Part shown: in pieces, positions 9,827 through 19,753 of the stretch | How positions within the stretch are numbered: the stretch's first letter is position 1 | Layout: the number at the start of each line of letters is the position of its first letter | IMG/VR virus record: IMGVR_UViG_2896115756_000003 | Location: 2,869 to 66,868 of that record | Origin: a virus | Taxonomy: Duplodnaviria > Caudoviricetes | Length of the DNA stretch: 64,000 nucleotides | Reading direction: 5' to 3' (one strand) | Made by a program: the position numbers and the translations under genes | The notes under the pieces: model-generated | Seen by the model: only the letters and a program-made list of their open reading frames with translations | The model's database searches: none | What the model was told of the DNA's origin: nothing

Positions 9827-10492
9827 TCAGGCAGCCAGGCCAAGAACCAGCCCTTGGACGCCCACCCCGAAGCGACCGGCCGCGAAGATCGGTCCGGGGG
9901 CCCTGGGAATCAGAGGTCTGCTGAGTCTCGTGATTCCGCAGGCAATGGCTAGCGGCTCGTGATCGACTGGCTGCGGAAAGCCCGCATCCGAATCGGTATC
10001 CCAGACGCGGGCTGACTGGAGCGAGCGAGCGAGAAGAAAGCCGGACTCTAGCCGGCTCAATGCACCAACGAAGCCATGGCGGTGGAGTCGTCCGGCCCGC
10101 TGAAGGACCCGATCGATGGGCTGGCCTCGCCAAGAGGCGGCGGCCACCAGGCCGAGGTATGCCTCTGTCTTCCCACCGCCCGTCGCGTGGAGCCACAACC
10201 CGCCCTTAGCGGCGTCGTGAGCAGCAGTGAGATCGCTGAGCCGATCACCACTCGAGTGAACGAATTCATCGGCGAGCTCAATGGTCGCGAGCAGGTGAGC
10301 AAGCTGGAGAACGCCGACCTCAGCTGGGCCCTCGCAGACGACTTCCATGCTGCTGATCTTGGGGGACAGTGAGCCCGTGACCAGGTCGCCTAGGCGTACC
10401 CGCCTTTGCCCCACCCGGTGCGCGACATCCACGGACCCCCGGGCCGACTGCACTACGCCGGACTTGATGCCGTCCAGCTCGATCGGCTGCAT
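9827..10492 (-). CDS. Hypothetical protein carrying isolated helicase motifs
   Basis: TGGGKTEAYLGL and PIDRVLQRAGRLHRH about 10 aa apart. Confidence 0.45.
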   Translation of the reverse strand: MQPIELDGIKSGVVQSARGSVDVAHRVGQRRVRLGDLVTGSLSPKISSMEVVCEGPAEVGVLQLAHLLATIELADEFVHSSGDRLSDLTAAHDAAKGGLWLHATGGGKTEAYLGLVAAASWRGQPIDRVLQRAGRLHRHGFVGALSRLESGFLLARSLQSARVWDTDSDAGFPQPVDHEPLAIACGITRLSRPLIPRAPGPIFAAGRFGVGVQGLVLGLAA

Positions 10493-10599
10493 GCCCGAAC
10501 TCTACGCCGACGCTGATGATCGACGCACCGAGTCCGCTGACCCGAGTAGTGAGGGATCATAGAAGCGGCGCGGGGGCGCACGGAAGGACCACCGCGCCC

Positions 10600-11136
10600 A
10601 TGGCCCGCCCCACTCGGGCGCAGCGCGCCGCGATCGCCCAACGCCGCGCCGACGCCGTCGAGCTTCAGCTTGCCGGCGTTGACTGGCTGACCATCGGCCG
10701 GAAGCTGGCCGCCGACCCGACGATCAACTCCGATCGGATCGCCTACCCCCAGGGCTACGGCGCCGAGTTGTACGCCAAGGGCAAGGAGCCGCCGGATGAC
10801 GCCGCCCTGATCCGCTACGCCTGCAAGGACGTCAGCACCGCGCTGCGGGAGCGGCACACCGAACTCGACATCGCCGTGGACGAGCTGCGCATCGTCCACC
10901 ACATGCGCCTGGAGCGGCTGTTCTTCGTCGCGTTCCGGCGAGCCGTCAAGGACGGGGATCTGCTGGCGATCGACCGCGCCGTGCGGATCCTGGAGCGCGA
11001 CTCCCGGCTCCTCGGCATCGACGCACCGGCCCGCACCCAGCTGTCGGGCCCCGGCGACGGCCCAATCGCGGTCGAGTCCGTCACCGCGGCCGAGCTGGCG
11101 AAGCTGATCGCGGCGACCGAGGGTGGCAGCGAGTGA
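10600..11136 (+). CDS. Terminase small subunit-like protein
   Basis: Immediately upstream of and coupled to the large terminase; HTH-like N-terminus; LLGIDAP...LSGPGDGPI tail. Confidence 0.75.
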   Translation: MARPTRAQRAAIAQRRADAVELQLAGVDWLTIGRKLAADPTINSDRIAYPQGYGAELYAKGKEPPDDAALIRYACKDVSTALRERHTELDIAVDELRIVHHMRLERLFFVAFRRAVKDGDLLAIDRAVRILERDSRLLGIDAPARTQLSGPGDGPIAVESVTAAELAKLIAATEGGSE

Positions 11137-12671
11137 CGGCCGCGACCGCCGAACTCCTCGACCGCTACAGCACGCTGCCCGGCGACCGGCGCCGAGCCAT
11201 CGCCGCTCAGGCTTCACCGCAGCTGCGGGACCAGCTCGCCAAGGTCGAGAAGGACATGGCGATGCGCCGCTCCCCGGGCTCGCTCGCTGCCGTCCTCACC
11301 GCAGGCCGGGAGATGCAGGCCGAGCACTTGGCCCTCATCGACGACGCCTTCGCCCGCATCGCGGCCGGCGAGTCCATCCGGCTCCTGCTGACCATGCCGC
11401 CGCGGCACGGCAAGTCCCGCCGTGCCGCCCGGTGGGCGCCGCTCTGGTACCTGCTCCAGCGCCCCGACCACCGCGTCATGATCGCCAGCTACTCCGCCGA
11501 GCTCGCCGACGACCATGGCCGATGGATCCGCGACGCCATCACCACGTGGGGCGATCAGATCGGCATCGCCCTCCACCCCGGCTCCAAGGCCGCGAACCGG
11601 TTCGACATCCTCGGCCACGAGGGCGGCCTGGTCTGCGCCGGCGTCGGCGGCGGCCTCACCGGCAAGGGCGCGCACCTCGCCGTCGTGGACGACCCGATCA
11701 AGGACGACGCCGAAGCCCAGTCCCCGACGATGCGCAAGCGCCTGTGGGAGTGGTGGCAGTCCGTCCTCCTCACCCGCATCGAGCCCGGCGGCAGCGTGAT
11801 CGTCATCCAGACCAGGTGGAGCGAAGACGACCTCGCCGGGCGCATTCTCGCCAGCGAGACCGCCGAGGACTGGATCATCATCGACCTCCCGGCGATCGCG
11901 GACAGCTCGAACGACGCGCTCGGCCGCAAGGTCGGCGAACCGCTTTGGCCCGCCCGGTACGGCGCGAAGGCCCTGGCGAAGATCCGCCGCGCGGTCGGCG
12001 AGCGCGTCTGGTGGTCGCTCTACCAGCAGAAGCCCCGCCCGCAGGAAGGCGGCGTGTGGAAGCGGGAGTGGATCGACCAGCACCGCATCACCGCCGTAGC
12101 GTTCAGCGGCCTCGACATGGCCCGGGTCGTCGTCGCCGTGGACCCAGCCGGCGGCGAGAGCCTGGTAGGTGACGAGACCGGCGTTGTCGGCATGGCCCTC
12201 GGCTACGACGATCACCTGTACGTGCTGGACGACCGCTCCGCGAACATGGGCGCCAACGACTGGGGCATCAACGCGTGCCGCCTCGCCATGGAGCTGAAGG
12301 CTGACGCCATCGTGGTCGAGTCCAACTACGGAGGCGACATGGCCCGCCAGGTCGTCACCCAGGCCTGGGACCAGCTCGCCCGCGACGGCGAGACCCGAGG
12401 CCTGCTGATGCCGATGATCCTGGAGGTCACCGCCAAGGTCGGCAAGCGCCTGCGCGCCGAGCCGATCGCGCAGCTGTACGAGCAGGGCCGTGTCCACCAT
12501 GTCGGCCACTATGCCGAGCTGGAGGGCCAGATGGTCACCTGGGTCGCTGGCATGGACTCGCCGGACCGGATGGACGCCACTGTGCACGGCCTCACCGAAC
12601 TCGCTGACCCGGACCAGCTCGCCATGCTGCCGAAGGGCTTGGATGATGGTCGCCTCGACGGGCGCCGGTAG
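11133..12671 (+). CDS. Terminase large subunit
   Basis: MPPRHGKS Walker A, VVDDPIKD Walker B, QTRW, VVAVDPA, DSPDRMDA nuclease motifs. Confidence 0.95.
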   Translation: MTAATAELLDRYSTLPGDRRRAIAAQASPQLRDQLAKVEKDMAMRRSPGSLAAVLTAGREMQAEHLALIDDAFARIAAGESIRLLLTMPPRHGKSRRAARWAPLWYLLQRPDHRVMIASYSAELADDHGRWIRDAITTWGDQIGIALHPGSKAANRFDILGHEGGLVCAGVGGGLTGKGAHLAVVDDPIKDDAEAQSPTMRKRLWEWWQSVLLTRIEPGGSVIVIQTRWSEDDLAGRILASETAEDWIIIDLPAIADSSNDALGRKVGEPLWPARYGAKALAKIRRAVGERVWWSLYQQKPRPQEGGVWKREWIDQHRITAVAFSGLDMARVVVAVDPAGGESLVGDETGVVGMALGYDDHLYVLDDRSANMGANDWGINACRLAMELKADAIVVESNYGGDMARQVVTQAWDQLARDGETRGLLMPMILEVTAKVGKRLRAEPIAQLYEQGRVHHVGHYAELEGQMVTWVAGMDSPDRMDATVHGLTELADPDQLAMLPKGLDDGRLDGRR

Positions 12672-12775
12672 ACGATCGGCTCGACCAGGCTTGTAACGGC
12701 CACAGTAGTTTTATCGCCAAGGCTTCCGACACCGCTTGGAAGGTGCTCCCGGGGCTTGCGGCGTAGCGTGGAGGC

Positions 12776-13051
12776 GTGGCGGATAACAGGCTGCCTGCGA
12801 TCCCGGCAGCAGTTGAGATGGTCACTCTCTGGCTTGATGGCCCGGGTGAGTGGACCGATCGAGTGCAGCAGATTATCAAGGCCATGAAGGCCCACGAGAG
12901 CGAGTGGATCCCGCTCCTAGGTTTGCTCATGCTGAGCGAGCGTGCGCTCCATGACCTTGCAAGTGCACGTGGTGAGGATCCTCAGGCGTTCATTCCCGGT
13001 TACCTGCGTGCCCTGTCGCTGGAGGACCAGAACAGGTCGAGTGGGCTGTAG
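12776..13051 (+). CDS. Hypothetical protein (moron)
   Basis: TAGCGT -10-like hexamer 6 nt before GTG. Confidence 0.55.
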   Translation: MADNRLPAIPAAVEMVTLWLDGPGEWTDRVQQIIKAMKAHESEWIPLLGLLMLSERALHDLASARGEDPQAFIPGYLRALSLEDQNRSSGL

Positions 13052-13098
13052 GGCGTCGGCCAGGCACGATCGCTGTTCGGCTCGGTAGCGTCGCGATC

Positions 13099-13497
13099 AT
13101 GAAGCAGTGAGGGCAGGGGAAGATCGTCGCAACCGGGGTTGCGGGGGCTGCGATTGCGGCTGGTGGGATCACGTGGGCCGTGTGGCCAGGTCGTCGCGCT
13201 ACGACTCGTGGCTGGCGGCGCAGCGGTAGCCTGTGGCCGTGGCGTCGCCTGGGGCGCCTGAGTGGGCCGTGCAGTTCAAGTACAGACACCGCGCCTCGAT
13301 GGTGGTTGGCAGGTAGGCGCAGCTGGCGATCGTGCAGTGAGGTGGCGTGTTCGCAGGAGTTGTGCCAGGCGGAATGGGAGAAGTTCACGGTGGCGCAGCG
13401 GCTCATGCTGGACCGGGACGGCTTCAATACTGGCTGCGAGACGATGGAGTCGCAGGCAGCTGCCGACCGGGAGACTTGGAGCGGACGGGTTGCCTAG
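13099..13497 (+). pseudogene. Decayed secreted/membrane protein gene
   Basis: ATG AAG CAG TGA: in-frame stop at codon 4, followed by a signal-like segment GKIVATGVAGAAIAAGGITWAVW. Confidence 0.4.
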
Positions 13498-13722
13498 ATC
13501 TATGAGTCTGCTCAGGGTTGACGCTCCGCCAGGTTGAGCCCCGGCAGATAGAAGGTCACCATACTTGGTTATCGGTTTCGAATGACACAGATAACTGTGT
13601 GCGGGTACCGTGGTCGGCGTGAGGATGGCTTATCCATGGTAGCCATTCCTTGTCAGGCCGGGCGGCGACCCGAAGCCTTCGGACCGCCACCCGTTCCGCC
13701 AGCGAGCGGAAGACTGAGGTGA

Positions 13723-13866
13723 TCAGCCGTTGTGAGTCGTGAACAACTCCCGCGCGACAGCGGCGAACTGTGCGAGCAGGACCACGGTCCTCAACTGCTG
13801 ATTGCCTCGGTCTGACAGCGAGAACGTCCTCGCCTTCTTGATCTTGGCAACCAAGAGCTTGATCAT
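13723..13866 (-). CDS. Small basic peptide
   Basis: GAGGGG RBS, MIKLLVAKIKK...; hairpins downstream (13624-13690). Confidence 0.4.
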   Translation of the reverse strand: MIKLLVAKIKKARTFSLSDRGNQQLRTVVLLAQFAAVARELFTTHNG

Positions 13867-14083
13867 GCCTTCACCCCCTCTCCCAAGTGGTGCGGTGAGG
13901 GACATGCATGACGTTGCGTCACTGCAGGAACCACGTTAGGGGCATGACGTTCGGCGTGTGGCCGATTCCCTGAAAGCTAGGGATAAGTCGGCCGCTGCGG
14001 ACACGGCCGCGCAACTGATACACCCTACGGTGTGGGGATAAGCTCCTTGTCGGGCGCGGGGCCCGTTAGCTGGGAGCACTCCA

Positions 14084-15874
14084 GTGGGTCTGCGTGATCT
14101 CGTCATCGATGCGTGGTCGTGGCTGAACTACAAGCCGGTGATGGCCAACCCGGTCCGGCGCGGAGCCGGCCCGTTCGCTGAGCTGGCGGCCGGCTGGGTG
14201 CCGCTCGAGGATCTGCGTCGCCTTCAGGCGTACAAACTTCTTGCCTCCTACGACAACAACCAGGCGGGGCAGCTGGCCGCAGCCGCCGGAGACGAGACCG
14301 GCCTGGAGCGCCGGGAGTTGGGTGATGCGGCGAAGCTGATCGACACCGCGCTCGGCTACATGCTCGGCTCCGAGCAGACCATCGTGGTGTCCGGGGCGGA
14401 GCACGACGATGGCACCGGCCTGTCCCCCGAGGCGCAGGCAGCACTCAACATCCAGGAACAGCTGAGGACATGGGCGGAGCGCGAGCTGCTGCCGCTGCGA
14501 ATCCAGCAGGCCGAGCGGGCTGCGGTACGGTGCGGCGACACGGTCTACACCCTGGCCTGGGACCCCGCCAAGGGCCGACCGCAGCTTCGCGTCCTCGACG
14601 CCGGGTTCTACTTCCCGGAATGGGGCGAGGAGAGCGACGCCGCCGAGTACCCCTCCCGCGTCCACTTCGCCTGGGAGCTGCCCGAGGACCAGCGCCGTGG
14701 GTTGAAGGCCCGCCTGCGCCGCATCACCTACGAACTCGGACCGATCAGCGCCGCGACCCGGCCCGGCCAGTCGAAGACCGGCCAGCCGATCCGGGAGCCA
14801 CTCGTTGGGGACGACGGTGACCCGCTGCTGATGGCCGGCGACCAGCTCGACGCCAACTCTGGCACGATCTACCGCACTTACCCGTGGGCTCCCGACCGCC
14901 CTTCAGGGGTGACGTGCTACCTGACCGACGCCGAGTGGCTGTTGGACGACCTCCGGGGACAGGACGATGTCTACAACCTGCCGATGGCCAAGGCCACCTT
15001 CCGGGCTCGCTCCGACGGGGAGGTGCTGGACCGACTCGACCTGATGGTGGACTTTCTGCCGGTCGTCCACGTCACCAACACCATCCCGGACGCGGGCGAG
15101 CACTGGGGCCAGCCGACCATCGCCAAGGTCATGCAGACGCTGGACGAACTCGCCGCGACGGACTCGGACTCGGCCGCCGCGTCTGCCACCACCGGCACGC
15201 CCATCATCGGCCTGTCCGGTGTGCGGCTGCCCAAGGACCGGATCACCGGCACGACGCTGCCGCTTCAGGTCCGGGCCGGCACGGTCTGGACGCTCGCCGA
15301 GGGCGGCTCCATGGACACGCTCGACACCTCGGCGCAGCTCGCCGAGCTGCGCGCCCGCGTCGATCACCTCCTCGACCGGGTCGCCGGGAACTCCCGGCTC
15401 ACCTCCTCCGGCCTGGGAACCCTCGACCCAGCCGCTGTCCCGTCCGGCTACGCCCTCCAGCTCGCCCTCGGACCGCTTGATGCGCTGGTCAGCAGCATGC
15501 GACTCGCGCGGAACCACAAGTACGCGCTGCTCCTTCGTATGGTGCAGCGCCTCTACCAGGCTGGGCAGGCCGACAGCTGGCCGATGGGGGAGACCCTGTC
15601 CGCACGCCTGGTTTGGGGACCGCATACGCCGACCGACCGGGCCGCTGTGCTGGACGAGGTCACCAAGGGCTTCGTCGCCGGTGTGCTCTCGCTGGAGACC
15701 AGCGTCCGGATGCTGGCCGAGGCCGGATACCCGATCGAAGACGCGGCTCAGGAAGTCCAGCGGATCCAGGCCCGCGCGTTCGACGCGGCCGCCCGGCTCG
15801 CAGACGCCACCGGTGACAACGGGGCGGTCCGGTCCTACCTGGGACTGCCGGAGCCAGCCCCCTCGCCGATGTGA
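14084..15874 (+). CDS. Portal protein
   Basis: Size (596 aa) and position between terminase and scaffold; LPVVHVTN...WGQP and SGYAL...L motifs typical of portals. Confidence 0.8.
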   Translation: MGLRDLVIDAWSWLNYKPVMANPVRRGAGPFAELAAGWVPLEDLRRLQAYKLLASYDNNQAGQLAAAAGDETGLERRELGDAAKLIDTALGYMLGSEQTIVVSGAEHDDGTGLSPEAQAALNIQEQLRTWAERELLPLRIQQAERAAVRCGDTVYTLAWDPAKGRPQLRVLDAGFYFPEWGEESDAAEYPSRVHFAWELPEDQRRGLKARLRRITYELGPISAATRPGQSKTGQPIREPLVGDDGDPLLMAGDQLDANSGTIYRTYPWAPDRPSGVTCYLTDAEWLLDDLRGQDDVYNLPMAKATFRARSDGEVLDRLDLMVDFLPVVHVTNTIPDAGEHWGQPTIAKVMQTLDELAATDSDSAAASATTGTPIIGLSGVRLPKDRITGTTLPLQVRAGTVWTLAEGGSMDTLDTSAQLAELRARVDHLLDRVAGNSRLTSSGLGTLDPAAVPSGYALQLALGPLDALVSSMRLARNHKYALLLRMVQRLYQAGQADSWPMGETLSARLVWGPHTPTDRAAVLDEVTKGFVAGVLSLETSVRMLAEAGYPIEDAAQEVQRIQARAFDAAARLADATGDNGAVRSYLGLPEPAPSPM

Positions 15875-15888
15875 CCGGGCCGGTGGTG

Positions 15889-16740
15889 TCAGCGGCCGAT
15901 TGCGCGCTGCGCTTGTCGCTCGCGCCACCGGGCAGCCAAGGTCGGCCGAACCGCTGTGGCGGGGCTGAGGCGCACCCTGTCCTGGTCGGGGCCTACTCCG
16001 TAGGGGAGGAACCGGTCGTCCAGCACCTTCAATGGGCTCAGACCGGCAGCGACGATGACCGAGTTGATGACGCCGGAGGTCCGGTACTGCACGTAGCGGG
16101 CCTCATCCCATTCCCTGGCGGCAGCCTGGTAGACCCCGATCGGCGGTGACATCGGGGCGCCCGAGTCGCAGGCGCCGACGATCCAAGTCTGGTACCCGCC
16201 CGGGTTGCCGAAGTAGTGGCCCTCCGCGTAGCCGAACCGTCGAGCGCCAACAGCTGCGAACCGGCCGCCGGTCGGTCGCTGGGCCGGGTCCGGGAGTTCA
16301 GCGAAGCGGGAGCGGCCAAGCTTGATCGAGTAGTCGGGGCCGACCGGGACATGGGGCTGGAACCACCTGCTGCGAGTCGTGACCCCGTACATGACCACCG
16401 TGTCGTCGGCCAGCGTGCACCACGTCGTGAGGTAGCCGAGCTTCCCCAGCGGCCAGATCCGCACAAGCAAGTCCACGTCCGTGGTCTGCCCGTGCACGCC
16501 TTCGTACTGCTGGAACGTGGCCTTGAACTGCCAGTCGTGCTCACCGAACTGCCGCTTGATGACGTCGTGGCGGACCGAGAGCGCCATCCCCTCGTAGAGG
16601 CCAGCGTAGTACCGGCCCTTGCCCAGGGTCTTGCGCCAGAACGATCTGATGGTTACCAGGACGCCGCCGGTCGCCGTGACGGCGCCCGCCACGGTCAGCC
16701 CGCCCTGCCAGGTCTGGAACACGTGGCTTAGCCAACTCAC
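15889..16740 (-). CDS. Membrane-anchored protein (ETEC_3214-like), moron
   Basis: N-terminal TM helix; Y.EGHYFGNPGGYQ motif; opposite strand within the head module. Confidence 0.6.
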   Translation of the reverse strand: MSWLSHVFQTWQGGLTVAGAVTATGGVLVTIRSFWRKTLGKGRYYAGLYEGMALSVRHDVIKRQFGEHDWQFKATFQQYEGVHGQTTDVDLLVRIWPLGKLGYLTTWCTLADDTVVMYGVTTRSRWFQPHVPVGPDYSIKLGRSRFAELPDPAQRPTGGRFAAVGARRFGYAEGHYFGNPGGYQTWIVGACDSGAPMSPPIGVYQAAAREWDEARYVQYRTSGVINSVIVAAGLSPLKVLDDRFLPYGVGPDQDRVRLSPATAVRPTLAARWRERQAQRAIGR

Positions 16741-16858
16741 GGCCTGATGATGCACCAGCAGGGCCCAGTTGCGCACGTGCCGAGCGAGAACCGCGTGCGG
16801 CCGCTTCGGCCTGAGTACACTGATCATCGGCGCGGGGGCGCTGCATGGAGGTCCTGTC

Positions 16859-17539
16859 TTGGCCGCCCCCCGCCCTCTTCCCGTCGCTGGAGAACGCCGC
16901 GATGGCCAGCCCGTCCCTCCGTCGTCCGGCGGCACCCTCGACGATCCGTCCTCTGTCCTGACTGACCAGTCCCCGTCGGTGGACGCCGGTGGCGCGCTGA
17001 TCACGCAGGACACCCTGTCGCGACTGCTGGCCCGGGAGAAGTCCCAGGGGGAGCGCAGCGCGGTCCGCAGGCTCGCCGCCGACCTGGGCTTCGCCGACGC
17101 GACCGCGCTGAAGACCTGGGTCGATGCGCAGCGGGCCGCCGAGCAGGCCGCGCTGAGCGAGGCCGAACGGCGCGAGCAGGCTGCCACGCAGGCCCTCGCA
17201 GCGGCGGACGAGCGGGAGCGACGCGCCGAAGAGCGGCTTCGAGCGGCGATCCGCCAGACCGCGCTGATGCGACTCGGCGCGGCCGGTGACGGGCTGGCCG
17301 ATGCCGAGCGGCTGCTGGACGTCCCGGACGACGCGGACGACCAGGCCGTGGCCGTCGCTGCTGCCGAGCTGAAGGCGCGGCGGCCGGAGCTGTTCGGCCC
17401 AGCCGCACCGGCCGTCGCCCCGCCGGCCCCGGGCGGTGCGCCCGCAGGTGGACCGCCGCCGCGCGGCCAGGCCCCGGCTGCGGTCGGCTCGGCCGGACTG
17501 GAGATGGCCAAGCGGCGCGGCTACGTCCCCTCCGCCTGA
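16859..17539 (+). CDS. Capsid scaffolding protein
   Basis: GGAGG RBS; TQDTLSRLLAREK coiled-coil region; RPELF; position before the capsid genes. Confidence 0.75.
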   Translation: MAAPRPLPVAGERRDGQPVPPSSGGTLDDPSSVLTDQSPSVDAGGALITQDTLSRLLAREKSQGERSAVRRLAADLGFADATALKTWVDAQRAAEQAALSEAERREQAATQALAAADERERRAEERLRAAIRQTALMRLGAAGDGLADAERLLDVPDDADDQAVAVAAAELKARRPELFGPAAPAVAPPAPGGAPAGGPPPRGQAPAAVGSAGLEMAKRRGYVPSA

Positions 17540-17651
17540 GCAGTTGCCCCGGCCGTGTCCGGGGTGTGGGACCACGCCCTTTCCCGTGGACGGCGCCACC
17601 GGCTGGTGAGCGTGCGCGACCGCTTCGTCTTCCCGTCCCCGAGGAGGGGCT

Positions 17652-18071
17652 TTGACCATCCAGCCGGTCAGCTCGTCGGCGCAGTTCAGCACCGATCGGT
17701 CCTGGCTCGCGTCGCTGCACGGCACCGACAGCACTGAGACGATCACCCTCGACATCACCAAGTTCACCGCCGGTGTGCACTACCAGGTGTCCGCCGACAC
17801 CACCCAGCCCTACAGCCGGGTCCTGTCCGGCGTGCCGGTCGGGAAGATCACAGCGAGCGGGCTGTTTGGCCCGTACGACCCGGCTGCGACCGATGGCCGC
17901 CAGGTGCTGGCCGGTCTGGTGTTCGCCGAGACGCTGTTCGCGCCCACCCAGACGAAGGTGCCGGCCGCGCTGCTGTGGCACGGCGTGGTGAGGGTAGCGA
18001 AGGTGCCCGGCGGGATCGACCCGTCGAAGATCACGTCGTCCGTGACCGGACCCCAGATCCGCTTCATCTAA
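17652..18071 (+). CDS. Head decoration protein
   Basis: SGVPVGKITASGLFGPYD..ATDGRQ motif; precedes the major capsid gene. Confidence 0.8.
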   Translation: MTIQPVSSSAQFSTDRSWLASLHGTDSTETITLDITKFTAGVHYQVSADTTQPYSRVLSGVPVGKITASGLFGPYDPAATDGRQVLAGLVFAETLFAPTQTKVPAALLWHGVVRVAKVPGGIDPSKITSSVTGPQIRFI

Positions 18072-18083
18072 GGGAGTTGCCCT

Positions 18084-19133
18084 GTGACCATTCAGGACCT
18101 CATCAAGGACGTCACGGCGCACGACCTGACGACCTTCGCCCGCACCATCCCCACCCCGGCTGACTTCCTGCTCACTCAGAGCATCTTCCCCACGCTCGTG
18201 TCCCGTGAGGTGAAGTGGCGGCTCAAGCAGACCGGACGCTACGTCAATACCGCCAAGTACCGGGCCTACGACGCGTCCGTGCCGTTCGCCGAGCGGCAGG
18301 CCTGGCAGTCCGGCCGCGAGGGCTTCCTGCCACCGCTGGGGCAGAAGCTCGTCGTGGGGGAGCAGGAGCAGATCCTGCTGGAGCAGTCCCACGGTGCGGA
18401 CCAGGACAGGCTGATCGAGCTGCTGTACGACGACGTGGAGCGGCACGTGGAGGCCATCCGCTCCCGGCTCGAACTCGCCGCAGGCGACGTGCTGTTGGAC
18501 GGCAAGTTCACGCTGACCGGGGAGAACGGGCTGACGCTGGAGGTGGATTGGGGCGTGCCGGCCGGGAACATGCCGGTCGCCGCGAAGCCCTGGTCCGACC
18601 CGACCAGTGACCCGATCGCCGATGAGCTGTCCTGGATCCAGTACCTGGACGACCTGTCGGCGCCGGAGCCGGAGTTGGTCCTCACCTCCCGCAAGGCGTT
18701 CAGCTTCCTGGCGAAGAACAACGCCTACCGGGCCGCCTACTACGGCTCCGTGAACCCGAGCACCACGCCGACCGCGACGCTCACCCCCGGACAGGTCAAC
18801 ACCGTGCGCGGCAACTACGGCCTCCCGCCGATCACCTTCTACAAGGCACAGGTCCGCGTCGACGGGATGCCCACGCGGGTCCTGCCCGAGGACCGGTGGA
18901 TCATGCTGCCTCCGGACCGGACCAAGTGGGGCCAGCTCCAGTTCGGTGCCACCGCCGAGTCCCTGGTCCTCTCGCGCGGGTCGAACCCGGAGATCGCGGC
19001 CGAGGACGCGCCGGGCATCGTCATCACCCGCGGTGTGCAGGATGACCCCGTGCAGATCTGGACCAAGGGCGCCGCCGTCGCCATGCCGGTCCTGCACACC
19101 CCGGACGCCCACATCGTCGCGAAGGTGCTGTGA
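18084..19133 (+). CDS. Major capsid protein (phage capsid E-like)
   Basis: 349 aa; KYRAYDA, PPLGQK and PWSD...DPI motifs; C-terminal AMPVL. Confidence 0.88.
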   Translation: MTIQDLIKDVTAHDLTTFARTIPTPADFLLTQSIFPTLVSREVKWRLKQTGRYVNTAKYRAYDASVPFAERQAWQSGREGFLPPLGQKLVVGEQEQILLEQSHGADQDRLIELLYDDVERHVEAIRSRLELAAGDVLLDGKFTLTGENGLTLEVDWGVPAGNMPVAAKPWSDPTSDPIADELSWIQYLDDLSAPEPELVLTSRKAFSFLAKNNAYRAAYYGSVNPSTTPTATLTPGQVNTVRGNYGLPPITFYKAQVRVDGMPTRVLPEDRWIMLPPDRTKWGQLQFGATAESLVLSRGSNPEIAAEDAPGIVITRGVQDDPVQIWTKGAAVAMPVLHTPDAHIVAKVL

Positions 19134-19339
19134 TGGGCGCCCGCCTGGCCGCCGCCGTGCATCTGGACCACCCGGTCACCCACGAGCGAATCCACCTCCA
19201 GCCCGGCGACGAACCCGAACCCGAAGTCGCCGCGCTCATCACCAACCCCGACGCCTGGCAGCCCGACGAACCGGCACCCGAGCCCGGGCCGGCAGCGCAG
19301 CAGCCGGAGGCGCCCGCACCCGAGACCGCCGAGCAGTAA
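19130..19339 (+). CDS. Small virion-associated hypothetical protein
   Basis: Coupled to the capsid gene; LQPGDE...ITNPDAW. Confidence 0.6.
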   Translation: MMGARLAAAVHLDHPVTHERIHLQPGDEPEPEVAALITNPDAWQPDEPAPEPGPAAQQPEAPAPETAEQ

Positions 19340-19418
19340 CCTCGGCCGCAGTCGGCCTGGCCACCGAAACGACGAGCGGTGGCCAGGCCGACCGCGGCCC
19401 CGACCAAGGGACCCGCCC

Positions 19419-19745
19419 GTGGACCAGAGCGTCCTCGCCTGGCTGCTCGCCCAGCTCGGCCCCAGCACCGACCACACCGACCTCGCCACCCGCTACGCCC
19501 GGCTCGGCACTGCGCGCTCCGTCGCCGCCGAGATTCTGGCCGAGCGTCGCGCACGCCTGCTGGCCGAGCCGCTGCGCTTGGTCGTGGACGGTGTGATCAC
19601 CACCGACAACACCGCGAACCTGGCGGGCCTGGAGCGCCAGCTTGCATCCTTGGCCGACGCCATCGCGCCGGACGATCCGGCGGCGGCAGAGGACGGACAC
19701 CAGCTGGTCACCGCCCAGCTGATCCGCTCCCGCACCACCCGGTAG
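19419..19745 (+). CDS. Head-tail adaptor-like protein
   Basis: Position and helical character. Confidence 0.55.
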   Translation: MDQSVLAWLLAQLGPSTDHTDLATRYARLGTARSVAAEILAERRARLLAEPLRLVVDGVITTDNTANLAGLERQLASLADAIAPDDPAAAEDGHQLVTAQLIRSRTTR

Positions 19746-19753
19746 GCCCTGCC

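Noticed and set aside
17001-19112. Long antisense ORFs (also 7310-8935, 11214-12587, 32312-33820, 47539-49308, 55134-57509)
   Set aside because: Shadow ORFs opposite well-supported genes, expected in high-GC DNA
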